Source: Octopus vulgaris
Taxonomy: Eukaryota
Assembly (NCBI GenBank): GCA_951406725.2
Contig: OX597822.1
Span: 6,386,001-6,450,000, forward strand
Length of the DNA stretch: 64,000 bases
Direction: 5' to 3'
Part shown: positions 41,701-54,151 of the stretch, piece by piece
Position numbering within the stretch: position 1 is the stretch's first letter
How the letters are laid out: every line of letters begins with the position of its first letter
The notes under the pieces: generated by a model
Databases searched by the model: none
What the model saw: the letters and a program-made list of their open reading frames with translations, nothing else
Told to the model about the DNA's origin: nothing
Made by a program: the position numbers and the translations under genes

Positions 41701-41828
41701 ACACATCCTACGCAGAACACTTTCCATACAATAACCATCAGAGCATCACAACAAATCACAGCACATACCCAAGGCACACAGAGCTGCGCTCGGTAGTGAA
41801 GTGAAAGCACGCTATAAAAATAAAACTG
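38761..41828 (+). mobile_element. R4/Dong-clade RLE non-LTR retrotransposon, 5'-truncated ~3.07 kb, pseudogenised ORF (RT + CCHC + restriction-like endonuclease)
   Basis: WKAPGHDKIPNFWLK, NYRPITCLPT, EQKGC, WIDYKKAFDSIPH, GIFQGDTLSPLLF, YMDD (40176-40187), YKYLG, CRICGDGQETINHIISSC, RHD, RPDIVV..LIDV, KLSKYKDL. Stop at 41732-34. A few in-frame stops (~38790, 39845, 40373, 41450) and frameshifts. Both ends abut (TAA)n. Confidence 0.95.
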
Positions 41829-41867
41829 AATAATAATAATAATAATAAAATAATAATAATAATAATA

Positions 41868-41897
<30 letters not shown>

Positions 41898-41900
<3 letters not shown>

Positions 41901-42381
41901 CTTCAGACAAAGAACATGGCTCCTCATTGATATGACTGTCCCAATCGATATAAACGTATCTGTCAAGACCTACCAAAAACCGAGCAAATATAAAGATCTT
42001 GAAATAGAAATCAGCAAAATGTGGAACCTGAAGACTAAAACAATACCTGTTGTCATAGGTGCCCTGGGAATGGTAGCAAACGGAGCTGATTGCTACCTAA
42101 CTCAGATACCAGGAAACCCAAAAATGGCAGAAATTCAAAAGATAGTGTTCATGGGAACTGCTCATATCCTACGCAAAATACTTTCTATGTAATCTCAAGT
42201 TTTAAAACAAACATAATTTTCGTATGGTTTTTTAGACATTCACTAATACAACACTAAGTACAAAGCCAAATATATGGCACACTAGGCATAACACCAACAT
42301 GAACTTCTAACTTGTCTTTTGAGGTCTCTGGGTGAGACTTGGAGTCAACTTGTACAAATGTAAAGCAAAAGTCAAAAATAG
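41898..42381 (+). mobile_element. R4/Dong-clade LINE 3' fragment (subfamily 4)
   Basis: LLIDMTVPID..KYKDLEIEISKMWNLKTKTIPVVIGALG...IQKIVFMGTAHILRKILSM* with a distinct 3' UTR. (TAA)n on both sides. Confidence 0.9.
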
Positions 42382-42397
42382 AATAATAATAATAATA

Positions 42398-42570
42398 AAA
42401 CTGCTGCATTGAAGACAGCTAGGATTTTAAGATTGGTACTCGCGTGTCGAGCATCTTCCTCGAAACTTGATGCCTAGTCTTATAATTTGTGGAAAGAGAA
42501 CCTGCGAGACCGTTGGCAGTAGGTTGCTGTCCGCTCTCGCAGAATTAACCGGATCAAGTTAGGTCGAGAG
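42398..42570 (+). mobile_element. R4/Dong-clade LINE extreme 3' fragment (subfamily 5)
   Basis: KTAALKTARILRLVL (cf. QKxALLGTARILRxVL) followed by its own 3' UTR. Confidence 0.65.
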
Positions 42571-42855
42571 CTCTCTCTCTCTCTCTCCCTTTTACTCTTT
42601 TACTTGTTTCAGTCATTTGGGATAATCGAGGAACCTCACTGTCCGGGACTTCCCTGTAACCCAAGGGGCAAGTGCCCTCTCCAATTCCTTCTCTCCCACT
42701 CACAGATCTGCACTTAGAGAGGTACCATCCACTTTTGCAATTTTAGCAAATTTCACCTACCTTTCAATAAATTCACTCGAGGACAATACCACCACCACCA
42801 CCACAACCATCAACAACTACTACTACTACTACTACTAATAATAATAATAATAATA

Positions 42856-43070
42856 CTTTCTACTTTAGGCACAAGGCCTGAAATTTTGGGGAGGGGGATA
42901 CGCTATTACATCGATTCCATTACTCAACTGTTACTTATTTTATCCACCTCGAAAGGATGAAAAGCAAAGTCGACCCCGGCGGAATTTGAACTCAGAACGC
43001 AAAGACGGACGAAATGCTATTATATTAATCATTATACCCGCCGAGCTAACGATTCTGCCAGCTCGCAGTC
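42856..43070 (-). mobile_element. SINE family B copy
   Basis: Reverse complement of head GCGAGCTGGCAGAATCGTTAGC and core GTCGACTTTGCTTTTCATCCTTTCGAGG. Confidence 0.8.
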
Positions 43071-43099
43071 TTGATGATGATAATAATAATCATAATGAT

Positions 43100-43779
43100 T
43101 CGAAAAGCGAACGTGTTTTACTAGTAGAATAAACTGTCAGGCAATTCGGGTAAATGGACCTTGTTCAATTTATGAAATTGAAGAATCTCGGAAAACAGTA
43201 TGGAGTACAGAAAAATCGCATAATGAGAATTTAGAAGGGATAAACTGGAAAAAAATAATTTAGAAAGGCAGATTTGGTAAGATATAAACGTGAGTGGAGT
43301 TAGCACCAAAGAAAGCCAACAAACAGAAATGGAGAAATTGCCAAAATTTTAGTTATGTTCTTTAACTGCTACTCGTGATATGCTCCTAAAATATTATAAC
43401 GAAATAATGCGTAACCCCGAGAAGCTTCTAATCTTTTTGCATCATGTATATCATATCCTTTACCAAAATTAGCAGGAACAAATTTTCCATAGAAAATCTT
43501 GTCCCGTCACCCTCCTCTCCATTTCTTAAAAAATTCTCACCTGAATCTTGACTGAGACAATCTACAAATTTATGGACGAAAATCCTCTTTTTTCCTTAAT
43601 GGACAGACGAGTTACCGCCGTGGGCCTCACGACAGTAAAGAACAATTTCTAGTTACCTGTACAAACTTTGAAAACTGTCTTAATAAGCACGGGATTTTGA
43701 ATACTACTTGGATAATTAATAAAGAGGCGTCTAACAGTGTTTCCCACTCATGGATTTTAATAAAATTTGAATGACCTGA
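43100..43779 (+). pseudogene. Possible decayed Helitron Rep/helicase coding fragment
   Basis: RGP..LTTVKN...CTNFENC..HGIL...W....EA (43615-43730) resembles the RepHel GPTSF..LRTVNG...TF.EAC...GLL...W...L.EA motif. Frameshifted. Confidence 0.35.
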
Positions 43780-43916
43780 AACTAAACTCCATCTCTACAT
43801 CGTCACAGAACAGCTGGTCTACCTTCAACAATCCTTCCTTGTTATTTTTGACATTGTTTCAAGCTATCAACATAAAACATGATTTATGGTTCCGACATTT
43901 CTTTTGTAGCAATATT

Positions 43917-44320
43917 CTTTTTCTCTTTTACTTGTTTCAGTCATTTGACTGCGGCCATGCTGGAGTACCGCCTTTAATCGAGCAAATCGACCCCGAACTT
44001 ATTCTTTGTAAGCCCAGTACTTATTCTATCGGTCTCTTTTGCCGAACCGCTAAGTGACGGGGACGTAAACACACCAGCATCGGTTGTCAAGCAATGCTAG
44101 GGGGACAAACACAGACACACAAACATATACACACACACTTATATATATGCATATACATATATACGACAGGCTTCTTTCAGTTTCCGTCTACCAAATCCAC
44201 TCACAAGGCATTGGTCGGCCCGGGGCTATAGCAGAAGACACTTGCCCAAGGTGCCACGCAGTGGGACTGAACCCGGAACCATGTGGTTGGTTAGCAAGCT
44301 ACTTACCACACAGACACTCC
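43917..44320 (-). mobile_element. SINE family A copy
   Basis: High similarity to 1461-1901, including the A/B-box head. Confidence 0.9.
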
Positions 44321-44324
44321 ATTT

Positions 44325-45560
44325 CCCAATAATATCAAACTTTTTAAAATACATGAGTATTAAATACAAATCAAGCATAGTCACACATTGGTGGAACTAA
44401 AAGTTTCAGTAGCAAAAGCATTAACTGTGGTACTTTTCAAGTAGAATTGTTTTCTCCTCTTGTATTTTTCATTGCTCTCATAATTCTGATAATGAAATAT
44501 TGCTACAAAAGAAAGGTCGGAACCATAAATCATGTTTTATGTGGATGGCTTGAAACAATGTCAAAAATAACAAGGAAGGATTGTTGAAGGTAGACCAGCT
44601 GTTCTGTGACGATGTAGAGATGGAGTTTAGTTTGGGAAATTGCGCGAAAGCAGCATTCAAGAAAAAGGCAGAATGGCACAAATTCAATGAAAATATATGT
44701 TGATGCAGTAATTAAGGAACTGGAACAAGATCAAACCTACAAGTATTTAGGGGTCAACGAAGGCGAAGGTTCATATCACACTATTATAAAACAGAAAATC
44801 AGGAAAAAATTCTGTCTTGAAAACAAAGCTCAGCTCAAACAATAAAATATGTTATATAAACGCTCTTGCAATTCCAGTTGTCACCTACAGGTGTAACATC
44901 ATGAATTAGAACATAAGTGAAATAAAGAAAATGGATACCAAAATCAGGTAACTTCTGAAATGTAATAAACTACAGCACACAAAAGCAGATATGGAACGCC
45001 TCTCTCTACCTGCTTTGAAGAAATGGCGTTAGCTGAATATTTCAGCATGAGCTGTCATGGAAAATATGTACTATTGGACTCGAACAATAACTTAAAATTA
45101 CAGATGACTGAATGCTGAAAATAGTTGCAAAACATGAAATGAAGAAAATTATACGTTCAGTCATGAAGGTAATCACAACACTTGTGGAATAATTAGGAAA
45201 ATTAAGGTGATTCTACAATAAAGAGTGCAAAGAACTTCAACATGTAGGCAAAAAATTAAATTCAACAGAAACAGCGCTAAACGTGAATCAAAGCTATCAC
45301 ACAATCTGTATATCTTCTGTAGCAAAGAACCTGATATATATATCAAACTCTCAACTGTCAGTGGCTGCGGAGTTCTGGACTAAAAGCAGACAATGAGAGA
45401 ATCATTTTGGCTGCACAAGACAAGTGCATTTCAACGTACAGCAGTTGAGTGAATGTGATTAGAAATGTAACTGACGCAAAGCACCAGTTTTGTAATGAGT
45501 AAGCTGAGACCATTGGCTACTTTGTTTTGTTTCAGGCTGTAAATTATTGGCTAGCCAACA
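44325..45560 (+). mobile_element. Old decayed R4/Dong-clade LINE (RT to zinc finger)
   Basis: CGTFQVELFSPLVFFIAL, FYVDGLK (YMDD site), MEFSLGNCAK, IKELEQDQTYKYLGVNE, WLRSSGLKA..AAQD. Confidence 0.8.
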
Positions 45561-46569
45561 GTTTATAATGGGTCTAGTCAATCCACTCTATTAAATTTTC
45601 GGGCGGGTACTAATACTTATTCTGTTGTATTACATGTTTCTAACCGCTTAAATTGCAGCAACTAAAACTAGAACTAGTTGTGAAGCAATGTGATACAAAC
45701 ACAAAGTCCCATATACACACATTTAGCATATATACATACATACTTACACTCACGCATACATACGCAATGGCCTTCTAAACAGATCCCATCGACTGAATTT
45801 ACTGACAACGCATTCGTCATCTTGGGACTATAATAGAAAATACTCAAAGTGCCGCATATTCAGACAGAGCAAAAACCACATTGTTGCAAAACGAGATACT
45901 CGGCCATACATGATTTCATGTTCTTAACCATTCATGTCTGCATTCACTGCAGCATCTTTGGCAAGTGTTTTCTATCTAGCTTTGAGTCCACCAAAGCTTT
46001 TTTAATGGAAATGCGTAGACCGTGACTATATAAATGTTTATCGGATGGATTGTGACAAACATTTAAAGGTACTACCTAGAATTCCCACACCTGTGTCATA
46101 TTGACTCGACCCATGAAATATGATATATATGTAATATGAGATAAGTGCTTGAAAGTGACGAAATATCCATCATTATAAACCGGAGTGTTGTATTAATGAT
46201 ATGGCCTCCGCAGAGATATGAATACAACGTGAACAATAGATATAAGGGCTACTTTTACCACATCATTTCATACCTGATTCATACGTGACATGTATTTGAT
46301 CAATTAAAATTGATGTGACTAAACAAACAAGAACGGCTGTGTCGGTATGTGACTGTCACATATAGTCAGCCGTCACTCGCGAATGATTAAGGCTTAATAA
46401 AATACGTCTTAACGAATAGATTTGGGCCCGTAGTACAGTCGCAAGTGATTATAGTCACTTTACCTCAACCTCAAACTTGACCTCGCATATCATCCAGCAT
46501 GTGACATCTGGAGGAATGAGAGCTTCATCAGCGCCTGGTTCGTGCTGAATGCCACTGGATGCAGTGAGG

Positions 46570-46680
46570 CAACGTGAAAGGAAATGCTCAAGGTTCGAAT
46601 TCGTTGTATGGTAACGACAGACGAAATTCACAAAGCATTTCGCCCGGCGTGCTAACGTTTCTGCCAAGCTCGCCGCCTTA
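46570..46680 (-). mobile_element. SINE family B fragment
   Basis: Reverse complement GGCGGCGAGCTTGGCAGAAACGTTAGCACGCCGGGCGAAATGC. Confidence 0.7.
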
Positions 46681-47727
46681 TCATGTGCAGAATATATTGA
46701 TGAGTAAGTCACTTGTCTTCTCTCTTGTCTCGTACTGACGCTGTGTATAATTCAGCACTAACAATCTTCCATGAAACCAGTGTCCTTGTTACTAAACAGC
46801 GAAATAATTATTTTTGCGTGGTAAAAACAGCCCAGGATCGAGAGGAACACAGCAAACGCCACAACGTTATCTTTGCACATAGTCAGAGAGTTTTATATAT
46901 TCTGACTTGAAACTGCAACGAGCTCGACTTGAAATTTGAACCTTCGGGAATCGTTAGAGTCAAGCGGTTACAATCCACGTATACACGTTTTATAGCCTGG
47001 TGTTATTCATGGTGAAGAATCAATATTTAGTGAAAGGGTATGAAAGTCGTTCGTCACACTCTTGTGACATGATCACTGATCTCTGTCGCATCTATTGAAT
47101 TATTGGATGATGGCATTTATTTATTTATGCCTTTGTTTAGTTAATTTCCATTTCAATTTCTTTTATCTTTCTGATGACGTCAGAGTTGTTTGAATTGACA
47201 TTTTCGGTAAATCAAAGGAAAACAAATTATTTGTGGGAGTAAGTGACGTACATTCTCTCTAGTGGGAGTAAGTGACGTACATTCTCTCTATTTAGATATA
47301 AAATTTGTTTTAAAAATTCGATAGATCTTTACAACCCCCACACATATGTTCATATATATAAATATAAATATAAATGTATATATGTATGTATATATATGTG
47401 TGTGTGTGTCTATGTTTGCGTGTGCAGGTGTGCCTGTGTGCGTGTGTGTGTTTGTGTGTATTTGAATATTACATACATAAAATATCTATAAGCGCGCACA
47501 CACACACACAAGCGTGTGCACAACTATACATATAAAATATTTTCAATTGTGATATTTATTTTTCTACTAGTTTTGGTCACTAGACACTGGCCATACTAAG
47601 TACTGCTTTGAAGAGGTTACTGCCTCTTATTTTACGATCTCTATTGCTAGACATGAAAGAGCACAACATAAATAATACCAGTTCTGAGATACTTGTAATG
47701 TTACATAACAAGTCACATACACAGTCT

Positions 47728-47745
47728 TCTATCCATCTATCTATA

Positions 47746-47815
<70 letters not shown>

Positions 47816-47816
47816 C

Positions 47817-47851
<35 letters not shown>

Positions 47852-47925
47852 ACACTTCATATTGACATTTCTGTGATAACGATCCCTATTGTCTATCTAT
47901 CCATCTATCTATCTATCTATCTATC

Positions 47926-47972
<47 letters not shown>

Positions 47973-47983
47973 CTATATATCTG

Positions 47984-48063
<80 letters not shown>
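47728..48063. repeat. (TATC)n microsatellite
   Basis: Direct reading. Continues after the LINE at 48770-49090. Similar tract at 60368-60712. Confidence 0.95.
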
Positions 48064-48769
48064 AAGAATGGCGAAAGAATGTATCTGGTGGACGCGTCTG
48101 AAAGGATTGGAGACAAACACTTTCCTCTCTGGTCAATCTCTCATCAACTTCTTCAAGTACCACTTGAAAAAGGAAAGTGAGAGTAGAGAGTCAAGTTTTG
48201 TCTAGCGAATGCTTTAAAAAAAGATGGGTGAACGTAGCAAGGATGGCACGTATGAATGACGAAGCCACCTTGAGCATAATCCTATGAACCCAGAAATTGA
48301 AAACAGAGGGTTACCCACTTGCAAACAAATGTGGTAACATATAACAATATTGACCAAGGTTACCGTGGTCTTTTTCGTAGGCTTTTCTTCCCACGGATAA
48401 ACCTTACTTGCTTTCCCCTTTACACCATATATCATAACACTGTGATACATGATCCCTATTGATCGTTTTTTTTTTCCTCTTCCCTTTTTTCCCCTTGTTT
48501 CTTCTTTTTTCATTTCTCTTTTCTTTTGTTCCTTTTCCTTTTCTTTTTTTTCTTTTAATTCTTTTTTTTTCTTTTATTTTTAATTTTTTTATTTTTTCTT
48601 TGTTCTTTTCTTCCCTTTTACTTCCCTTTTTCTTCCTTCTTGATCGAAAACCTACGCCACCCCTTTTTTTTCTTTTGTTTTTTGTTTTTTTTCATCCCCC
48701 AAAAGAAAAGCTCTACCTTGTAACTTGTCCCATCTGTATGCAGCCCTGTGTGGCCAATAAAGAAACTTG
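48064..48769 (+). mobile_element. 5'-truncated Tx1/L1-like LINE (ORF2 C-terminus + T-rich 3' UTR) inserted in (TATC)n
   Basis: [63 protein letters not shown] (stop 48285-87, one frameshift). AATAAA at ~48756. (TATC)n on both sides. Confidence 0.75.
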
Positions 48770-48864
<95 letters not shown>

Positions 48865-48905
48865 TCTTCTATCTATCTTCTATCTATCTATCTATCTATC
48901 TATCT

Positions 48906-49003
<98 letters not shown>

Positions 49004-49098
49004 CGTCTGTCTGTCTGCTTTTCTGTCTGTCTCTCTTTCTCTCTGTCTGTCTGTTTATATTCGTATCTCTATCTACATATCTATCATCTATTTATACA

Positions 49099-50090
49099 TA
49101 CGAGCTGGTATCAAAAGGTTCCCGAACCAGTTAGATTTAATAAAAAGTAACTCGTTTTTCCAAGTTTTAACATCTTCTTCGAAATATTCACCACGCGCAG
49201 CAATGCAACGGTCCTGCCACATTTGGAAGCCGGCCTAGAAGTCATCTTCTGTAAGAGAGTCGAGAACTTTCTGCGATTTGCCCTTGATTTCGACAACGAT
49301 GCTAAAACGGCGACGTTTGAGCTGCCTTTTAACCTTGGGGAAGTGATGGAAATCCGCTGGAGCTAAATCTGGTGAATAGGGTGGGTACGAAAACGATGCC
49401 ATGTTGGTTTTGGCAAGAACCTCACGAGTGAGGAGAGCTCGGTGAGAGGGTTTATTGTCATCGTGAAGAATCCAATTCTTCGCGCTCCACAGATACGGTT
49501 GCTTTCGCGTATTCGGTGGCGAGCTGGCAGAAACGTTAGCACGCCGGGCGAAATGCGTAGTCGTATTTCGTCTGCCGTTACGTTCTGAGTTCAAATTCCG
49601 CCAAGGTCGACTTTGCCTTTCATCCTTTTGGAGTCGATAAATTAAGTACCAGTTACACACTGGGGTCGATGTAATCGACTTAATCCCTTTGTCTGTCCTT
49701 GTTTGTCCCCTCTGTGTTTAGCCCCTTGTGAGTAGTAAAGAAATAGGTATTTCGTCTGCCGCTACGTTTTGAGTTCAAATTCCGCCGAGGTCGACTTTGC
49801 CTTTCATCCTTTTTTGTGTAGCACCTTGTGGGCAGTAAAGAAATAAGATACGGTCGCTTTCGTTGAATGTCCTCTCTCAAACGCAATAATCGAACTCTCG
49901 ATTATCGGGCTGCCTTTGAAGGATAATTTGTCGGGGGTGACGCTCGTGGCAGGTCTTCCAGATCGCTAATCATCTTCCAGGGATCTCCTTCCGCTTTTAA
50001 AGCTCCTGTGTCACTCGAAACATTGCGTACGGTCCATTGCCTCGTCACCGTAAAGTTCTCGAAGCATGCTCGATGTCTCGGTAGCAGACA
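49099..50090 (-). mobile_element. Decayed, internally deleted mariner transposon interrupted by a SINE
   Basis: TIR-like TACGAGCTGGTATCAAAAGGTTCCCG at 49099. WILHDDNKPSH...PPYSPDLAPADFHHFPKVKRQLKRRRF, RLREDIQRKRP, and N-terminal SATETSSMLRELYGDEAMDRTQCFE..RSGRP. Confidence 0.88.
49515..49845 (+). mobile_element. SINE family B, young copy with internal partial duplication and ~17-bp TSD
   Basis: Head GGCGAGCTGGCAGAAACGTTAGC, B box GAGTTCAAATTCC, core GTCGACTTTGCCTTTCATCC present twice. AGATACGG(T/C)GCTTTCG at 49491-49507 and 49846-49862. Confidence 0.9.
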
Positions 50091-50768
50091 TCAAATGCCA
50101 CCGGGGGTTCGACTTTGCTTTTCATCTTTTCGGGGGTTAATAAATTAACGACATTGCAGGCTTTGAGCTAAAATTTGAAACCGATCAAATTATGTTTTAC
50201 AGTAAGCCATCAGATCAGTATGACGCCTGACATCAACCAAGGAATGAGGCAAGAACAAGAGTTATGTGATCGCTTTCAATAACTTATTGTTATTTCTGGT
50301 TTAATGGATTTAAGTAAGCGTTTACTTGGAGTTGAATTTTCATGCAACATCTTTTAGCTACCATTTAATAATTTAAATGAAGTTTGTTCATATTGCGACA
50401 AGCATTTAAACATACAGAAATTAATATCTGTAAAATTATAAATAATATAACACAGTTTGGTTAATGTGAGGAGGAAATAACCTCGCCTATAGATAAATAT
50501 TTCGAATATATAAATATTTTATATTCATGTGTGTGAGAGGTGCATAACATTTTCAAATCTACTAAATTGGTTTCTTTCATTTATTGTTCTATATGTATCC
50601 GTCTCTATGCATTTAAATGATCTGCGCAATAAATATACACTTCATTTAAATGCGTCCAATGAAACTGTAACATGTCGCATGAGCACTCACACCTAAGTGC
50701 ATGCGTACTTGTTGCAGATACAGCTATGCGCTAATGGAAGTAATTACATATCTCCTGATGTCTTATTG

Positions 50769-50808
<40 letters not shown>

Positions 50809-51452
50809 ACGCTCATGCAGGCATGTATGTATGTTTGTATGTATATATATATATACATACATGCACATATACTTATACACAAATATATAAATATAAGTAA
50901 TTCCTGCGAATACACACGACTTCATGTGTGAGACGCTACCGTGCAATGATTGACTCTTCTCATCAAGGCATGCCTCGGTGTAGGCGCAGTCTGTTATCAG
51001 TTTTCAATGATTGAAAACAGAAAAATAAAATAAAATAGAAAAGTACCAATATATTTTGCATGTAATGGACGCTATTTTAATTGTGTTGCTATCTATCAGA
51101 CTGGTCCGCTCCCCAGATGGCCTAGCTCTCCTCATCTTGTTTCATTAAATCTCCGATATTCTTATATAATTTTTTAAAAAATAAATAAGATGTTGTCCAC
51201 ATCCAGCAATGCTACAAATTTATTCAGTGCTGAGATTAAACAGAAAATGTCTCCTGACATCCAGCTTCGGGGAAAAAACGTTGTTATTGGCTGTCGCTAT
51301 AACCATGAACTCCATAATGGCTCCCTGATGTCTTACACGCTCAAGCCTTTACCTATAAACTAAACAGCCTGATACAGCTACTCAACAACCTGTCACAAAA
51401 CTGACCGTCTCTGTCCCAGAGATCGGACTTATCAGTTTCATTCTTATATTCA

Positions 51453-51866
51453 CCGTATATACTCGACTGTAAAACGCGCTCGCCTATAAGACGCACTCCC
51501 GATTTACAAGGTTCAAATCTGGAATTTTATCATTGACCGGACTATAAGTCGCAGTCACTTTTTGATGTTGGAGAGCAAAGTTTGATTAGGAATCGCGCCG
51601 ACATAGTTGTTGTTCGGTAACCGAACTTTCAGTAAGCTGGAGATGACTTACAACAACTGGTGCCCTATTAAGTCCATGCATTTAAAAACCGTTGTTTATA
51701 ATGTAAAATTTCATCTTTTTCGGTTAGTCCAAGTGCTGGAAGTCAGACATGGCTTACACCTAGAAACTTTCTGAAGATTTTTTTATAGGATGCGCTTTTA
51801 AGTCGCACCCCAAATTTAGGTGAAAATTTCAGGGGAAAAATGCGATTTATAGCCGAGTATACACGG
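51453..51866. mobile_element. Tc2/pogo-type (TcMar) MITE
   Basis: TIRs CCGTATATACTCGAC...ATAAGACGCA and TGCGATTTATAGCCGAGTATACACGG. TA on the right flank. Internal TATAAGTCGCA subrepeats. Confidence 0.8.
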
Positions 51867-52846
51867 TACTTAGAATGATCGTCGTTGGATTGTAAGATGA
51901 AAGTTGATATCGAACATTATTTTTATCGAACTGTCTTTATTTATTACAAATTTCTGTCCACAAAGCTCCCACTGTTACTACACTTCTAACCAAATTTTCA
52001 ACTAATATCTTTGACACCCACTCAACTTACCCTAAACTAAAACAAAACTCAAACTTAAAAATATTGGCTGAACATTTCCATCGGCAGCAGTCCGCACAAA
52101 CATCACAACTATTCACCGTCATTCAGTTATGAACCTCCAATCATACAATTTCTTGTTTCTTGTTCATAACATCTTTCATGGCTCCTTTCTCTCTTCCACA
52201 GATTTCTTCAGGATGGTCTTGCACAACGACCCATGTCCACACTTTTGTAGCATTTTGAACTTGTTCCTCGACAATTGAAGTCTCTGAAATGTTCAGTTTT
52301 TCTGGTAGTGCAGCGTCTATTGTTTTACTTAGCTCGTTCTTCCCTATCTCTGAAAGATTCATATCTTAAATGCGTCTCTCTTCTTTTACGTTGCTCCGTA
52401 CATTCTCCAAGTTTCTGCATCGCAGAGAACGTTTGGTATAAAGTAACGGTTTAGTAGTCCCTTTGTTTGGTGATGCTATGCTTTTTCGGCTTCTTTAATC
52501 TTTACATCAACTGCTCCACAGCGACGTTCTAAATTGATTTGCCCTATAAATATATGCATAGAAATAACTAAATATTGGAAACCGTATGCAATATTTAAAA
52601 ATAAACAACCAAATATTTAGTCAAGTTGCGGAAAAAAAATAGTACAAACAAGTCACATATTCTTCAGTTGATGCGAATTTAATAATCCAGAATTTACGAC
52701 ATTTTCTTATATTTTCACAGCAAAATTAAATATTTGTTTACAAAAAAATTGCATGTGTCATATATGTATTTGTTGAAAACAATTTGATGCGGCAGTTGTT
52801 CATATATACTCGACATTCACACATACATATATACATACATACATAC

Positions 52847-52901
<55 letters not shown>

Positions 52902-53508
52902 CATACATGTGTACATGCATACATAAACACATACACATATTATATATATACATATATATATAATAGAAATATGTTACAAAAAGAAAATACAAACTACACG
53001 TTGAAATGCAAGGGGAAGAAAAATAAGCGAAAATGCACATTGGAAATCAAAAAAAGGCTTTTGATGAAAAGTAACGAAATATATATAGATTTAGATGAAC
53101 TGAGGTAGGAATAAAAGTAATAAAAATCATTACTGTGAATTGTTAAAAAGATTTAAAAGCATTCCGGTTTCGTAAATTACTAATCATTGCTTTGAATACA
53201 TCCATTCATTGCTTTGAATGCACACCGATTAATGAACGGTGTCAGGTCTATTAGTCCCTGAGAAAAAAAAATTATGTGTAAGGGAGGTAAGTAGTTCTGG
53301 ATTTGGTGCAATTACGTTAGATATAGATCTGTAATGTGAAAGGTGTATGGCATGTATGGGGTTAGTGGTATTAATTGAAAGGTTAGTAGTGTTCTGTATT
53401 ATGTTATGTGTTCATATTTAGTTGGGGAAGATATTTCTTGATGAAAGTTGCATCTTTATTCATTCTTTCTTGCACTGAGGTGTCCTGTGAACATATATAT
53501 ATATATAT

Positions 53509-54151
53509 ATATCAACAATTGAGGGTAAAATTAATTAATTAATCAATTTCACCAAGTGTTCAGTATGTAAAAGGACCATTTAAGGCGAATTCAAAATTTT
53601 ACATTATATAATTAGGGCTTAGTAAAATAAATTACTTTGCCAGATACTGAACTTAGTAGAAATAACAGCCAAAAAGATTTTTTTCAAGATTAGCCAAATA
53701 AAATCAGCATTTCTATCGTCAGCTCAAAAATTTCTTAATTTGGATTTGGAAACACTAAAAAGAAGGGACTTTACCTATCAGCGAACTTATCAGTGTCAAC
53801 TTAACAGTGTCAACAAATTCAAAATGCGCAGGCGTAAATTTCTTCAATCCCTTCCACCCACGTGGTCTATCTAGCAAACATTATATTATAACCGCGAGAA
53901 CCGAGGCAGTATGACCGAGAGAAATGAATTATAATATCAACAATTGAGGGTAAAATTAATTAATTAATCAATTTCACCAAGTGTTCAGTATGTAAAAGGA
54001 CCATTTAAGGCGAATTCAAAATTTTACATTGTATAATTAGGGCTTAGTAAAATAAATTACTTTGCCACATACTGAACTTAGTAGAAATAGCAGCCAAAAA
54101 CTGACGATAGAAATGCTGATTTTATTTGGCTAATCTTGAAACGTTGACGTA
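53509..54151. mobile_element. Penelope-like terminal-repeat composite: 167-bp direct repeat plus 41-bp inverted repeat with hammerhead core
   Basis: 53509-53675 ~ 53934-54100. 53682-53722 is the reverse complement of 54101-54141. CTGACGA...GAAACGTTGACGTA. (TA)n on both sides. Confidence 0.65.

Noticed and set aside
47168-47212. CTGATGA-CGTCA...TGAC hammerhead-like start (also 57463-57490)
   Set aside because: GAAA/stem III or stem I is missing. At most decayed remnants.
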